Virus record (IMG/VR): IMGVR_UViG_3300021197_000536
Span: 1-58,187 of that record
Reading direction: 5' to 3' (one strand)
Length of the DNA stretch: 58,187 nucleotides
Origin: a virus
Taxonomy: Duplodnaviria; Caudoviricetes
In this document: in pieces, positions 26,265 to 36,275 of the stretch
How positions within the stretch are numbered: the stretch's first letter is position 1
How the letters are laid out: each line of letters begins with the position of its first letter
Position numbers and translations under genes: made by a program
Notes under the pieces: generated by a model
Database searches by the model: none
The model's input: only the letters and a program-made list of their open reading frames with translations
Told to the model about the DNA's origin: nothing

Positions 26265-28594
26265 GTTTCTGGGCAGGACTAGCACGTGGCTTCGCTGATG
26301 CGGATGCTAAGAAAGAACGTGAAGCAACTCGAGCTGAAGCAGAGGCTGCGCGTAAAGAAGCTCGAGACTACTCACGTGGCCGTGATTCCATTGCGGACGC
26401 ACGTTACGAGTCACAGCAGAAGACAGCTGCAGAGCAAGCTAAGGAAGCTGCTCGCCGTTGGCAGTTGAATTACGACGCAACCTTGGATAACACTAAAGCT
26501 AACCGTGAGTGGAGACAGAGTGAGGCTGAGCGTAGTCAGTCCAACATCGACCGTACCTTTGAACGTGAAGATAAGTACGGAGAGCGTGAATGGGCCTTAA
26601 AGATAGACAAGTTGAACTTCACTAAGGACCAAGCTGATGTAGCTCAGGCGAACGCTGACCGTATCTTCAACCAAGGTATTAAATCCTTTAAGTACGATCA
26701 GTCACGTGATGTCATAGCTGACCTACGGATGGACCGTGCGGAGGCTCGTGCTATTGCGAATGAGCTATACAGCAAGGAACGTGATCTGGTAGGTGATGAA
26801 GTAGCTGCCCAGAACCGTGCAGATAGACTAGAACAGTTTAGGTTCCAGGTTGAACGTGCAGGCGTCAGTGATGAGCAGTGGGCGGCTTCAATGAAGCTTA
26901 AGGAAGACGAACTAGAGATTAGTCGTACATCTGACCTACTTAAGATGATCCCAACAAGCTTATCGAGTAGTCTTGGTGGGGGTTCATCTTCGACTTCTAC
27001 GTCCGGTAAAGGTTCCACTACCTTGAGTACTGAGGCTATGAAGGAAGGCTCACTGTTGTTTAAAGCTGAGTTCAAGAACCTAGACGAAGACACTAAGAAG
27101 TCTGAGTTCTTCCAAGCAGCCGCTAAATCCCCTGGTGCTCAAGCGACTATCATGGCGTTTGTAGAGGCACAGGGTAAGAAAGGTAACACGATTGATCTGA
27201 CGGATGTGCCAAAGTACTTCAAGTACCTAGGTGCTACCGAGGGTAAGGGTGAGGCTGAAGCTAAGGAGTTCCTTGATAGTCTTGTAAGTGGTGATGAGAG
27301 CCTAGGGGACAAGGATACGTTCATCAAAGGTATGATGGCTATGCGTAACTATAAGCCAACTAAGCAACTCTTTATCCAGACAGACTCCCCAGCTTCTATT
27401 GATGATGCGTCTAAGCAGCTTCCAGTTTGGGAGAATGCTGTGGAAGTCGATGCTTACCGTGCTCTACCTAACCTTACAGGTGCTGAGAAGGCAGAGGTGC
27501 AAAAGGCTCTCGGTATGCTTGAGCGTAAAGAGAACAAAACACAGGGTCTTGACATCCTAGCTAAGTACGGCTATGGTTCAGGTGCTGTTAAGCAGTACAA
27601 CATGGAAGACAACCCCGTCATTAGCAGCTACTACGGAGGTAGAGAGCCTCAAGCTACTCCTACTGAGCCTCAAGCTGCTGTCACCCAAAGCTCACCTAAA
27701 GGCGTTACTGTGTTCAAGGACTGGGATGAGGTAACTGCCGCCCGTGCTGAAGGCTTCACAGGTAAAGCGTCGGTAGGTGGTGTAACTTATTCGATCTCCC
27801 CTCTAGAGACTCCTCCGGCTGTCACAGAAGGTACTGGACCAGAGACTCCTCCGGCTGCAGTAGAAGGTACTGGACCGGAGACTGTTAATGGAGACGGCTT
27901 CCGGGGTACTGGCTATGTAAGACCCCCAGAGGACAACATGGACACAGACATCGACCGTCTCTTCAACGAGGCTTCTAACTTAGAAGAGGCTGCAGTAGAA
28001 GGTGATCCAATAAAGTTCACACGTGCTGAGGAGACACCTGACGTAGACCTTGAAGAGGGTGTTGAAAACCTATCTGATATCCCTGACACTTTCGAGTCTC
28101 CTGAGGAGTTTGAGAAGAGTGTAGACTTTGTTCTAGAAGAGATAGAGGAACTGGGTATTAACCTCCCAACTACCAACACAGAGCTCTCTGAGTTCAGAGA
28201 TGATCTTAAGGAACTAGTGTACGAGATGGGCGCTGATATCCCGAAGCCAGTCCTGCAAGAGGTCATCAAGCGTGCTACAGACAACGCTAAAGGTGGTCTC
28301 TCTGTCACAGGTACAGCTATGGACGCACACGAGACAGGCCTAGGCCAAGGTGGGAATCCTGAGGATACACCAGTAGGTACTCAGATTAAGAACATGACTG
28401 ACCGCATGGGAATTACTGAGCCTGATATCAAGAAGCGTAAGCGTAAGCCAGAGCCAGCACCTGAGTTGAACCGGTCTGAGGTCTATCGTCTTAAGAGAGC
28501 TGTTGCTTCTGGAGATGAAGGTATCCTCAGTAACCTAGTCGAGAAGTATGGTGAAGAGAAGATAGCAGAAGTGTTGGAAGGGTTAGGTCTATAA
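26261..28594 (+). CDS. putative internal virion protein
   Basis: MSFWAGLARG amphipathic start, long charged helical region. Confidence 0.7.
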   Translation: MSFWAGLARGFADADAKKEREATRAEAEAARKEARDYSRGRDSIADARYESQQKTAAEQAKEAARRWQLNYDATLDNTKANREWRQSEAERSQSNIDRTFEREDKYGEREWALKIDKLNFTKDQADVAQANADRIFNQGIKSFKYDQSRDVIADLRMDRAEARAIANELYSKERDLVGDEVAAQNRADRLEQFRFQVERAGVSDEQWAASMKLKEDELEISRTSDLLKMIPTSLSSSLGGGSSSTSTSGKGSTTLSTEAMKEGSLLFKAEFKNLDEDTKKSEFFQAAAKSPGAQATIMAFVEAQGKKGNTIDLTDVPKYFKYLGATEGKGEAEAKEFLDSLVSGDESLGDKDTFIKGMMAMRNYKPTKQLFIQTDSPASIDDASKQLPVWENAVEVDAYRALPNLTGAEKAEVQKALGMLERKENKTQGLDILAKYGYGSGAVKQYNMEDNPVISSYYGGREPQATPTEPQAAVTQSSPKGVTVFKDWDEVTAARAEGFTGKASVGGVTYSISPLETPPAVTEGTGPETPPAAVEGTGPETVNGDGFRGTGYVRPPEDNMDTDIDRLFNEASNLEEAAVEGDPIKFTRAEETPDVDLEEGVENLSDIPDTFESPEEFEKSVDFVLEEIEELGINLPTTNTELSEFRDDLKELVYEMGADIPKPVLQEVIKRATDNAKGGLSVTGTAMDAHETGLGQGGNPEDTPVGTQIKNMTDRMGITEPDIKKRKRKPEPAPELNRSEVYRLKRAVASGDEGILSNLVEKYGEEKIAEVLEGLGL

Positions 28595-31500
28595 TGTCAG
28601 GCATTCCCGATTGGGCAAAACCAGTCGAGTTGCTGGAGGACGATCAAGAACGGATCAACCGTCTAGCCTCTCCTACTGCTACACCTACTAGTGATCTTGA
28701 GATACCTGAGTGGGCTCAGCCTGTACAACAGAGGGAGGCCCCAGAGGCCTCTCCTACTCCCACCTCCTCAGACGTCCCTGAGTGGGCCAGACCTATCGAT
28801 GAGGGGCGTACCCCTACCAGAACTGAAGAGACCCCTCCAGAGGGCCTTGTAGGGCTTCCTAAGGGCGTTGAGGCCTTTACATACTCTGAGAATGATCTGT
28901 CTGACCGTCCTGAGCTCTATAACCCTATCTACGAGTACGTAGAAGACCGTTATGGTATCCAAGCCGTAAAGGGTAAAGCTCGGGAAGACATTGTAGACAC
29001 TTTCTTGAACAACCGCCGTGGTAACGCGGGCGGTAACTCTGTTCGTGTCATCTCTGAGGCAGACTACCTTATGGACGTCAAGGATGATCCTACTCGCCTC
29101 CTTAAGGCTGGTAAAGCTTATGCTATCTTTGAAGGCATGGAGAACATAACCGGAGACAACGTCTCTTGGGGTGAGTTCGGGGAAGCTATTAAAGACTACA
29201 CATCCTCTGTCGTACTCGACCCAGTTAACGTCGTATCAATGGGCCTCGGTAAGGTCGTAGGAGGTACTACGATCAGGGCAAGCTCCAAGGCTGTAGAGAA
29301 GATAGCTCAGCGTGAGGTGTCTAGGATGCTCATGAAGGGTGCCTCCCGTGAGGTCGCCCTTAAAGCTGGTACAGAGGTCCTACGTAAGTCTGCTACACAA
29401 GCTGCAGTACAGGGTGCTTCTGAGGTTGCTGAGTTCTCTGCGAAGATGGCAGCTAACAAGGGTATGCAGCGTGTTATGACTAATGCTGGCCTCAAAGAGG
29501 TGGCTGCTACAACAATCGCTGATGCCGCTATCAACTCTGGTACTGAGTTCCTTTACCAGCGTAGTCTTGTTGACACTAATGTCCAAGATGAGATCAGCAA
29601 AAGTGCTGTTGGTATCGCTGCCCTGTCCGCAATAGCTATGGGTGGTGTTCAAGCAGGTCTTGTAGCACGTCGTGGTACGTCTGGGACGGCTCTCTTGTCA
29701 GAGACAGTAGAGAAGGCTGACCCTAAGCAGATTGCTAAGGACCTCCAGGCCTCTATTAAAGACTGGGCTTCATCTCTACAGGACGACGTAGCTGGTGAGA
29801 CTGACTGGCTTACTAAGGTTAAGAATGGTGAGGAACTCACTGACGGTGACACTGACTTCTTTATCGATCTCCTACTTGGTCGTAACGATGCGGAAGGTAA
29901 CGTCCAGCTGAAGGGCTTAGCCCAGCACATGCAAGAGGGTGGTTACTTCTACACTAAGCGTAGTGAAGACGATAAGATGTCTAACTGGCTTGCTGACTTC
30001 ATGAAGGAAGAGCTGGACCAGTCAGACATTGATGGCATCCTGTCAGCTGTAAGTGATGCAGTTGGGGTTAAGGTTAAGGGCAAAGTCACACCTGAAGCCT
30101 TTGGTAATGCCTTCGCTAACAAGATGAACGCAAGTGCTCGTAGCATGAACAGTGTTATGCAGGTTGCTAAGCGTCTTGATGTAAGCGTAGCTGACTTAGA
30201 CGTTGATAAGTTCTTCGATGAAGCTATGGGTCTCAACCTGATTGACGACATCAAGCTAAGTAAGGACCGCTACAGTGGTAAAGGTGTCTTTACTGCTAAC
30301 CTGACTGAGACTCAGAACAAGTTCATCCGTACTCTTGTTTCTCACCCCTCTACGTCAGCGCTTAACGTGCTGGGTTACGGTGCTGCTGCAGGTCTGGATA
30401 TCAGCACTGATCTTACAATGGCACTCTATAAGGGCACACGAGGTACCTTTAAGTCAGTACTCGGTTATGCAGACAGCGGTGCTAAGGAGCTCTACGTAGC
30501 TAAGCAACTCCTACTGGCGTCTAAGGATCGTGTTAAGTTCGCACTTGACCCTGACATGACCTACGCAGCCTACAAGAGTGCTCTGCTACAGAACACAGGG
30601 GCTCTTGACAAGCTCAACCGTACCTTGTCTGGTGGTGTGGATATCTCTAACTCAGTAGAGCAGATGTCTAGACTAGGAGGGCGTGCAGGTCTTGTCCAAG
30701 ACAAAGCAGACACAGTCCTTGGTCACGTTCAGTCCGCAACCTTTGTACATGCTCAGGACGCCTTCACTAAGTCCCAAGAGTATGTAGGACAGATGAACAA
30801 GCTGCTCCGTACCAAGTTCGGTAAGAGCTGGAATGAGTTCTACACGGACCCTAACGCTGTTAAGATCATGGCGACTAAAGAGTATAAACAGTTGGAGATG
30901 GATGCTGTAACGGCTACTCTTGCTAATACATTCTCTAAGTCGTATAAGGACAGCACTAAGTTGGGTGAGCTAGCTGGCTTTGTCGAGGATGCACGTAACA
31001 TCCCTGGTCTTGGCTTCATGATACCTTTTGGTCGCTTCTTTAACAACACCATCGACTTCGGTATCAAGAACACACCTCTTCTTAATATCGCAGCTAAGAA
31101 GTCAGGTAAGTATGCTGACATGGGGTACGATGAGCTTATGGCTCGTGGTGCTGTAGTCACGGGTCTTGTGTGGTCTATGGCACAGGATGAAGATGAGAAC
31201 AGACGTATGGGCCTAGGTCTCTACGACAAGGTGGTAGACGGTCAAGTTGTGTCACAGCAGTACGACTACCCTATCTCACTCTTTAAGGCAACTGCGCGTG
31301 TAATCTCCTACAAGATGGCCGGTGAAGAGTTACCTCCTGAGATCATTACCCAGATCGGTAAGGACTTCGGTATTGGAGGTCTCACACGTAACCTGAATAA
31401 GACAGGTGCTGAGTTTGCTGACTTTGGTGCAGCTCTCCTTGCTGGTGAGATGGAGGGTATCCTCGCGGAAGGCCAGACCATCTCATCTGATATTACTGCC

Positions 31501-32217
31501 CAAGCACTCAGTGGCTTCCTACGCCCACTTGAGCCTATCGATACAGGTATTGCTATCTTCGCTGGTGTAGACCAAAGCCCTAAGGATACAGCACAAGGTA
31601 ACAAGTTCGTAGGAGATTCCCTGCGATACCTTGACACAACTGCTAACTTCCTGTTGGGCAAAGGGGATGCTCCTGTTAAGCAAGGTGGTGCTACCGGTGA
31701 TAAGGCTCAGCAGTCCACTAAGAACCTAGGTGTACGTACACAGAACCTGACTGAAACTCAGCGTGTTATGAATATGCTAGGTCTTGACCAGTGGAAGCTT
31801 AACTCAGGCTTGTCTAAGGACAAGAAGCTTATGATACCTGAGGCTGTCAACGAGTACCAGCGTCAAGTATACGCGGCTATAGAGGACTGGTCAGCTACTA
31901 AGATGGCGAATGAGTCTTTCCGTAACTCGGATACCAAGACACAGCGCATGTTGTGGGACGACAAGATCAAGGAAGTAACCCAGACTGCTAAGTTTATGTT
32001 GGTTGTGGACTATGATGGCCCCCAGAGTACGCTACGGGACCAGTACGACATCATGACTAAGTTCAGTGTTGGGGATGTAGAGTCCGCTATGACTGAGTTA
32101 GAGTTCGATAAGACTATCGGAGAGCTCAGTGAGGTAGAGATAACTAGCCTTAGAACCCAGCTTGAGCTAACCGGCTACGTTGACCGGATGAGTGTAGACC
32201 AGAAAGTCTACGATTAA
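28594..32217 (+). CDS. large internal virion/ejection protein (gp16-like position)
   Basis: 1207 aa, last late gene; DPVNVVSMGLG, IPFGRFFNN. Confidence 0.75.
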   Translation: MSGIPDWAKPVELLEDDQERINRLASPTATPTSDLEIPEWAQPVQQREAPEASPTPTSSDVPEWARPIDEGRTPTRTEETPPEGLVGLPKGVEAFTYSENDLSDRPELYNPIYEYVEDRYGIQAVKGKAREDIVDTFLNNRRGNAGGNSVRVISEADYLMDVKDDPTRLLKAGKAYAIFEGMENITGDNVSWGEFGEAIKDYTSSVVLDPVNVVSMGLGKVVGGTTIRASSKAVEKIAQREVSRMLMKGASREVALKAGTEVLRKSATQAAVQGASEVAEFSAKMAANKGMQRVMTNAGLKEVAATTIADAAINSGTEFLYQRSLVDTNVQDEISKSAVGIAALSAIAMGGVQAGLVARRGTSGTALLSETVEKADPKQIAKDLQASIKDWASSLQDDVAGETDWLTKVKNGEELTDGDTDFFIDLLLGRNDAEGNVQLKGLAQHMQEGGYFYTKRSEDDKMSNWLADFMKEELDQSDIDGILSAVSDAVGVKVKGKVTPEAFGNAFANKMNASARSMNSVMQVAKRLDVSVADLDVDKFFDEAMGLNLIDDIKLSKDRYSGKGVFTANLTETQNKFIRTLVSHPSTSALNVLGYGAAAGLDISTDLTMALYKGTRGTFKSVLGYADSGAKELYVAKQLLLASKDRVKFALDPDMTYAAYKSALLQNTGALDKLNRTLSGGVDISNSVEQMSRLGGRAGLVQDKADTVLGHVQSATFVHAQDAFTKSQEYVGQMNKLLRTKFGKSWNEFYTDPNAVKIMATKEYKQLEMDAVTATLANTFSKSYKDSTKLGELAGFVEDARNIPGLGFMIPFGRFFNNTIDFGIKNTPLLNIAAKKSGKYADMGYDELMARGAVVTGLVWSMAQDEDENRRMGLGLYDKVVDGQVVSQQYDYPISLFKATARVISYKMAGEELPPEIITQIGKDFGIGGLTRNLNKTGAEFADFGAALLAGEMEGILAEGQTISSDITAQALSGFLRPLEPIDTGIAIFAGVDQSPKDTAQGNKFVGDSLRYLDTTANFLLGKGDAPVKQGGATGDKAQQSTKNLGVRTQNLTETQRVMNMLGLDQWKLNSGLSKDKKLMIPEAVNEYQRQVYAAIEDWSATKMANESFRNSDTKTQRMLWDDKIKEVTQTAKFMLVVDYDGPQSTLRDQYDIMTKFSVGDVESAMTELEFDKTIGELSEVEITSLRTQLELTGYVDRMSVDQKVYD

Positions 32218-32223
32218 ACAAAG

Positions 32224-32260
32224 AAAAACCCCCCTCAAGGCTTTTACACCAAGAGGGGGG
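32224..32260 (-). terminator. terminator at convergence of the two arms
   Basis: CCCCCCTC...GAGGGGGG stem with A-tract on + (U-tract on -). Confidence 0.75.
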
Positions 32261-32288
32261 CTGCTAGTCATAGTAGTAGTAGTTAGTC

Positions 32289-32525
32289 TTACTTATTATG
32301 TTGAAGTATAAGGTCTACATACCTATATGCTTCGTTTACGAGTTCTTCTGCTCGTACTGTAGCACCTGACGCTAGTAACCCAGCTAATACTGAGGCTGCT
32401 AGTTGTGCTGAGAGAGGGGAGAGAACCTCAGGCACGTCGGCAGGTGTTTCCTTCTTCGACTTAACGAAGGCTTTAGCCTCCTGTTCCAGAGATGGAGTAG
32501 GGGGTTTCTTACGTTTAGGGGCCAT
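32289..32525 (-). CDS. hypothetical protein
   Basis: GGAG RBS, own promoter; LAGLLA...AYRYVD motif. Confidence 0.7.
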   Translation of the reverse strand: MAPKRKKPPTPSLEQEAKAFVKSKKETPADVPEVLSPLSAQLAASVLAGLLASGATVRAEELVNEAYRYVDLILQHNK

Positions 32526-32556
32526 CTTTATCTCCGTAACACCGTCGTTATTAAGG

Positions 32557-32586
32557 AGTATACCATAAGAAGACCCCTCTTGTCAA
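32557..32586 (-). promoter_or_regulatory. sigma70-type promoter
   Basis: TTGACA-18 bp-TATACT on -, extended -10 TG. Confidence 0.6.
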
Positions 32587-32593
32587 GGGCTAT

Positions 32594-33250
32594 TTAGTAA
32601 GTTTCAATAACTTCATCGACGATACCGTGTTTAACACACTCCTCAGGGGTCAACCACTCATCAGTTGGGTGGAGGAGGTGCTTACGGATATACCGCTCAG
32701 ACTTCTTAGTGCACTTCTTGTAGTGCTCTACCATACGTTGACCTGCCATGTCGAACTCTTTGATCTTAGCTTGAAGTTCGTGTTCCTTGCCTACGCTACC
32801 CCAGGAGTACTGGTGTGACATAACAGAGGTGTTGTGTGTCACCATACGTCGATCACCTGCCATGATCGTTAGGACACCACAAGAGGCTACCAGACCCTTA
32901 CCTATTGTCGCTATAGGGATTTCTGACATCTTCATAGCGTCGATAAGATGGAATGCAGAATGCACTGACCCACCTGGGCTATTGATAACTAATGTGATCT
33001 GCTCAGGTTGCATCTCCTCAGGCATAAGGTTATACTCGTAGATAGCTGCTACAAGAGGCATGATCTTCTCTTGGTCGAACTTGTCAACTAGGAGTAGTAT
33101 ACCGTTCTCACGTAAGAGTGCACCTGGTTGTGGCATAGGCTCAGGTGTTTTCTCTTGTTGCTTACAGCAGCAGTGTACCTCCTCCTTCTTAGCTGGAGCT
33201 TTAGTCTTAGTGTCTTTCTTAGCGGATGATGTAAGTAGTGTATTAAGCAT
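32594..33250 (-). CDS. clpP: ClpP-like protease subunit
   Basis: INSPGGSV, catalytic Ser in VASCG, His in SHQ, Asp in DEWLTPEEC, GIVDEV. Confidence 0.9.
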   Translation of the reverse strand: MLNTLLTSSAKKDTKTKAPAKKEEVHCCCKQQEKTPEPMPQPGALLRENGILLLVDKFDQEKIMPLVAAIYEYNLMPEEMQPEQITLVINSPGGSVHSAFHLIDAMKMSEIPIATIGKGLVASCGVLTIMAGDRRMVTHNTSVMSHQYSWGSVGKEHELQAKIKEFDMAGQRMVEHYKKCTKKSERYIRKHLLHPTDEWLTPEECVKHGIVDEVIETY

Positions 33251-34268
33251 TTATGCGCTCCTCAGCTAGTTTATCTGCAACCTGTTGTGGGGTGATCCCC
33301 TCGTCCCTAGCAGTCATTAGGACTTCGAATGTCTTATGTTGGATTTGGACAAGCTTACGGTAAACTCCGATGTCCTTCCAACTTAAGTCTTGGTAGTTGT
33401 TTGATACGATGATAACACCTCCTGCGTTGGCTAGGTAGTCTGGCACCGTGACTATACCCTTCTTGAAGAAGGATACGGCTAAGGTATCGTTAGGTATCTG
33501 GTTGTTAGCTCCTCCGCAGATAATAGAACCTCTGTTCATCTCGTTGTAGCATTTGAGGTCAGCCGAACCTCCTAACGCACAAGGGGCATACACATCGATC
33601 TCAGGTAGAATGTCAGAGCGTTCCTTGTAAGGCTTAGCGTTGTAGCCAATCTTAGCAAGCATCTCCGACTCCTCTGAGATATCTGAGACACGCAGGGAGC
33701 TTCTTGCTTTGTGTAAGAAGTCAGCGAGACGAGAGCCAACCTTACCTAGGCCTTCGATGGCGACTGATACGTCAGCCATGTCCCGTCCTGTGAAATTGAC
33801 AGCACCTAGCATAGCCATGTACACACCGTAGGCGGTAGCGAAACCGCTGTCCTCGCCTAGGTTCTGACCATTGACAAACTCTGTCTGAGAGGCCAGGTAG
33901 GCAACCTGTTCAGGGCCGGTACCTACGTCCCCGGCTGTGATGTACACCAACTCATCCTTGTTTATGTAGTCCATGACATCCGCAAACTTCTTCAATGTCT
34001 CATGGTCAGCTAAAGGGGCGTTGATAGTAGCCTTACCGCCCCCTAGATCTAAACCAGCCAGTGAGTTCTTGTAGGTCATACCCTTGGCTAGGCTAAGTGC
34101 GTCAGACATCTGGTCCTCGAAGGTGTCGTAGGGCATAACCCTACAGCCCCCTAAGGCAACACCAAGCGCTACGCTGTGTATTGCAACAATGGCTCGGAAA
34201 CCTTCATCATCTTCAGCTATAACTACTCGGTGGTAGCCTCCTACTGGATGCTCTATAAACTGTAGCAT
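33243..34268 (-). CDS. Leu/Phe/Val dehydrogenase (Glu/Leu/Phe/Val family)
   Basis: ALGGCR, GMTYKN, GGGKA (catalytic Lys), GLGKVG Rossmann, PCALGG, GGANNQ, PDYLANAGGVI. Confidence 0.92.
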   Translation of the reverse strand: MLQFIEHPVGGYHRVVIAEDDEGFRAIVAIHSVALGVALGGCRVMPYDTFEDQMSDALSLAKGMTYKNSLAGLDLGGGKATINAPLADHETLKKFADVMDYINKDELVYITAGDVGTGPEQVAYLASQTEFVNGQNLGEDSGFATAYGVYMAMLGAVNFTGRDMADVSVAIEGLGKVGSRLADFLHKARSSLRVSDISEESEMLAKIGYNAKPYKERSDILPEIDVYAPCALGGSADLKCYNEMNRGSIICGGANNQIPNDTLAVSFFKKGIVTVPDYLANAGGVIIVSNNYQDLSWKDIGVYRKLVQIQHKTFEVLMTARDEGITPQQVADKLAEERINA

Positions 34269-34271
34269 TGT

Positions 34272-35246
34272 TTAACCTTTCTGTTTGATCTGTGCTTCGA
34301 ACTCACGTAAACGCTTCGCTACTGAGATCAACTCGATGATAGTTGGCCAGCTTTTAAGGATGAACTGCATAGAACCTTCCACTCGACCAAATGCCCGAAT
34401 GATCTGCTGCATGACACCTAGGGTAATCATACCACCTACGATAGCAGGTGCTAAGAAGATGTAAGCTGTCAACACATTGGCTTGTAAGTAGGCCATCCGT
34501 ACTACGTTGAACTTCAAGTACTGGAAGTAACTACGGAAGTGGATGCTACGTACGTCGTTAAACAGCTCTTCTAGAGGTTTCGGAGATAGTGTACCATCGT
34601 CCTCCATCTTAACGAGATGCTTTCGGTAAGCTGCTTCCTTGGCTTGGATGTCGTACTCAACACCCACAAGACGAAGGAAGTAACCGGCAACAACAAGTAG
34701 AAGAGTACCACCGATAGACCAAAGGAGAGCACCAGTGACCAAACCATATTCCCAATCTCCAAACCATAGAACTGCAATACCTGCCCCAAGCCCCAAGAGG
34801 ATAGGGAAGAACTCGACTAACACCATTACCGACTCAATGAGGGCAGTACCTAGTCCCTCTACGATCCTTGAGAACTTCACAGTATCCTCTTGGACACGTT
34901 GAGAAGCGCCCTCAATCGTACGAGCCTTGTCGTATACACTGTGATACCACTCTACCATTGAGGTTCTCCAACGGAAGAGGAAGTGAGCTGTGAAGAAGGA
35001 GCCCACCAAGGATAGTCCGACCCACATGGCAGCTAAGGTACCAAAGCTAGCAAGACCAGTCCAGTACTCTCCCATCGTTACAGTGCCAGGTTCGGTTAGT
35101 GCATTCTGGATCATGTCGTAAAACGAGCCGAACCACTCATTGATCTTAACGTCAATCTTAACTTGGAACCAAAGAGTACTCAGTATAAAGAGAGTACCAG
35201 CGTAGGCCCAGAGTGCGTATCTCCATTGCTTAAAGAATAAGAACAT
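34272..35246 (-). CDS. sbmA: SbmA/BacA-family peptide transporter
   Basis: INEWFGSFYDMIQ, FRWRTSM, IEGASQRVQEDT, EAAYRK, AFGRVEGSMQ, WPTIIELIS. Confidence 0.92.
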   Translation of the reverse strand: MFLFFKQWRYALWAYAGTLFILSTLWFQVKIDVKINEWFGSFYDMIQNALTEPGTVTMGEYWTGLASFGTLAAMWVGLSLVGSFFTAHFLFRWRTSMVEWYHSVYDKARTIEGASQRVQEDTVKFSRIVEGLGTALIESVMVLVEFFPILLGLGAGIAVLWFGDWEYGLVTGALLWSIGGTLLLVVAGYFLRLVGVEYDIQAKEAAYRKHLVKMEDDGTLSPKPLEELFNDVRSIHFRSYFQYLKFNVVRMAYLQANVLTAYIFLAPAIVGGMITLGVMQQIIRAFGRVEGSMQFILKSWPTIIELISVAKRLREFEAQIKQKG

Positions 35247-35247
35247 A

Positions 35248-35685
35248 TTACTTCCTTTCTGTCTCTACATCAGGTTGGTAATCGTCTAGCTCTAGGCCGG
35301 GGTTTCCTTCCGCGTTGTCTTCCCGCTCAATGAACTCACCAGTTGTAGCTTGTCCACCCTCAGTCTTAGCTTTAGCCTTTTCCAACTCCTCAGCAGTCTC
35401 CTGGGAGTACGGCATAACGTAGAGGCGGTTGCCTCTGTCTTCTGTCCAGATCCAGAGATTGATGTCATCTCCGTCTGTGTTGTGGTGTACGTACACAAAC
35501 TCGACAGTGGGGAAGCCTTGGATGGGTTTACCTAGTTGATCTGTGTAGTGCGCCTGTGTCACCACCCCTAGCAATACTGCAAGGGATAGTGCTGTTCCTT
35601 TTACACTGTAATGGATACTTGAGTAGAATACCATAAAGACAGTGACTGCAATGAGCAGTAGGTAGGCAGTGAGTATTAACGTCAT
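35248..35685 (-). CDS. membrane protein (2 TM plus soluble domain), third gene of the MotA/MotB-like trio
   Basis: ATG 35685; two hydrophobic helices, LGKP, INLWI, RLYVMPY. Confidence 0.7.
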   Translation of the reverse strand: MTLILTAYLLLIAVTVFMVFYSSIHYSVKGTALSLAVLLGVVTQAHYTDQLGKPIQGFPTVEFVYVHHNTDGDDINLWIWTEDRGNRLYVMPYSQETAEELEKAKAKTEGGQATTGEFIEREDNAEGNPGLELDDYQPDVETERK

Positions 35686-35686
35686 A

Positions 35687-36274
35687 TCAATTCCTTCCCG
35701 CCCTAGGGCGTAACGTAACTTGGACGTCTGTGCGGATATCTGTGATAAGACCATCCTCTACTTTAAAGACCAGTAGAGTACGCTCCTGTCTTGTATCCAA
35801 CACAACCTGACCTTCGTAGACGGTACTGAAGGGTACCACCTGAGTGACCCTAACTCTGATGTCCTCTGGCCCAGGTAGACGTGAGAAGAAGTGAGCGTTA
35901 ACAATGTAGGCACCGTCAGGCAGTACTGTCATTGTGGTGATCTCGTAGTTACGTTTAACAGCTACCTTCTTACCATTGATTACAAACGTGTCATTGACAG
36001 CACCTAGATCGTCTCTCTTGAGGGTAATGTAACCGTTACCTTTATTGGCGTAGAAGACTGTCTCTCCGTCAGGTCCTTTGACATGAAGATCGATGTCTAC
36101 TTTACTGTCATCACTCCACTCCATCTCAATCATGAGAACGATAGGTGGGTCCACAACACCTTGCTTGGCTATCGGATTGATAAGTAGGAATGCGATAACA
36201 AAGAGGCTAGTGAACCCAACTAAGAGATTGAATAGAAGATCTACGAAGGCTAGGTTTGAACTATACTTTCGCAT
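35687..36274 (-). CDS. MotB/ExbD-like single-pass membrane protein
   Basis: LAFVDLLFNLL TM helix with conserved-type Asp; soluble domain DIDLHV.GPDG...DDLG. Confidence 0.7.
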   Translation of the reverse strand: MRKYSSNLAFVDLLFNLLVGFTSLFVIAFLLINPIAKQGVVDPPIVLMIEMEWSDDSKVDIDLHVKGPDGETVFYANKGNGYITLKRDDLGAVNDTFVINGKKVAVKRNYEITTMTVLPDGAYIVNAHFFSRLPGPEDIRVRVTQVVPFSTVYEGQVVLDTRQERTLLVFKVEDGLITDIRTDVQVTLRPRAGRN

Positions 36275-36275
36275 A

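Noticed and set aside
1190-31661. Numerous - strand ORFs within the structural arm (and + strand ORFs within the replication arm)
   Set aside because: Antisense or alternate-frame shadows of well-supported genes, without RBS or motifs
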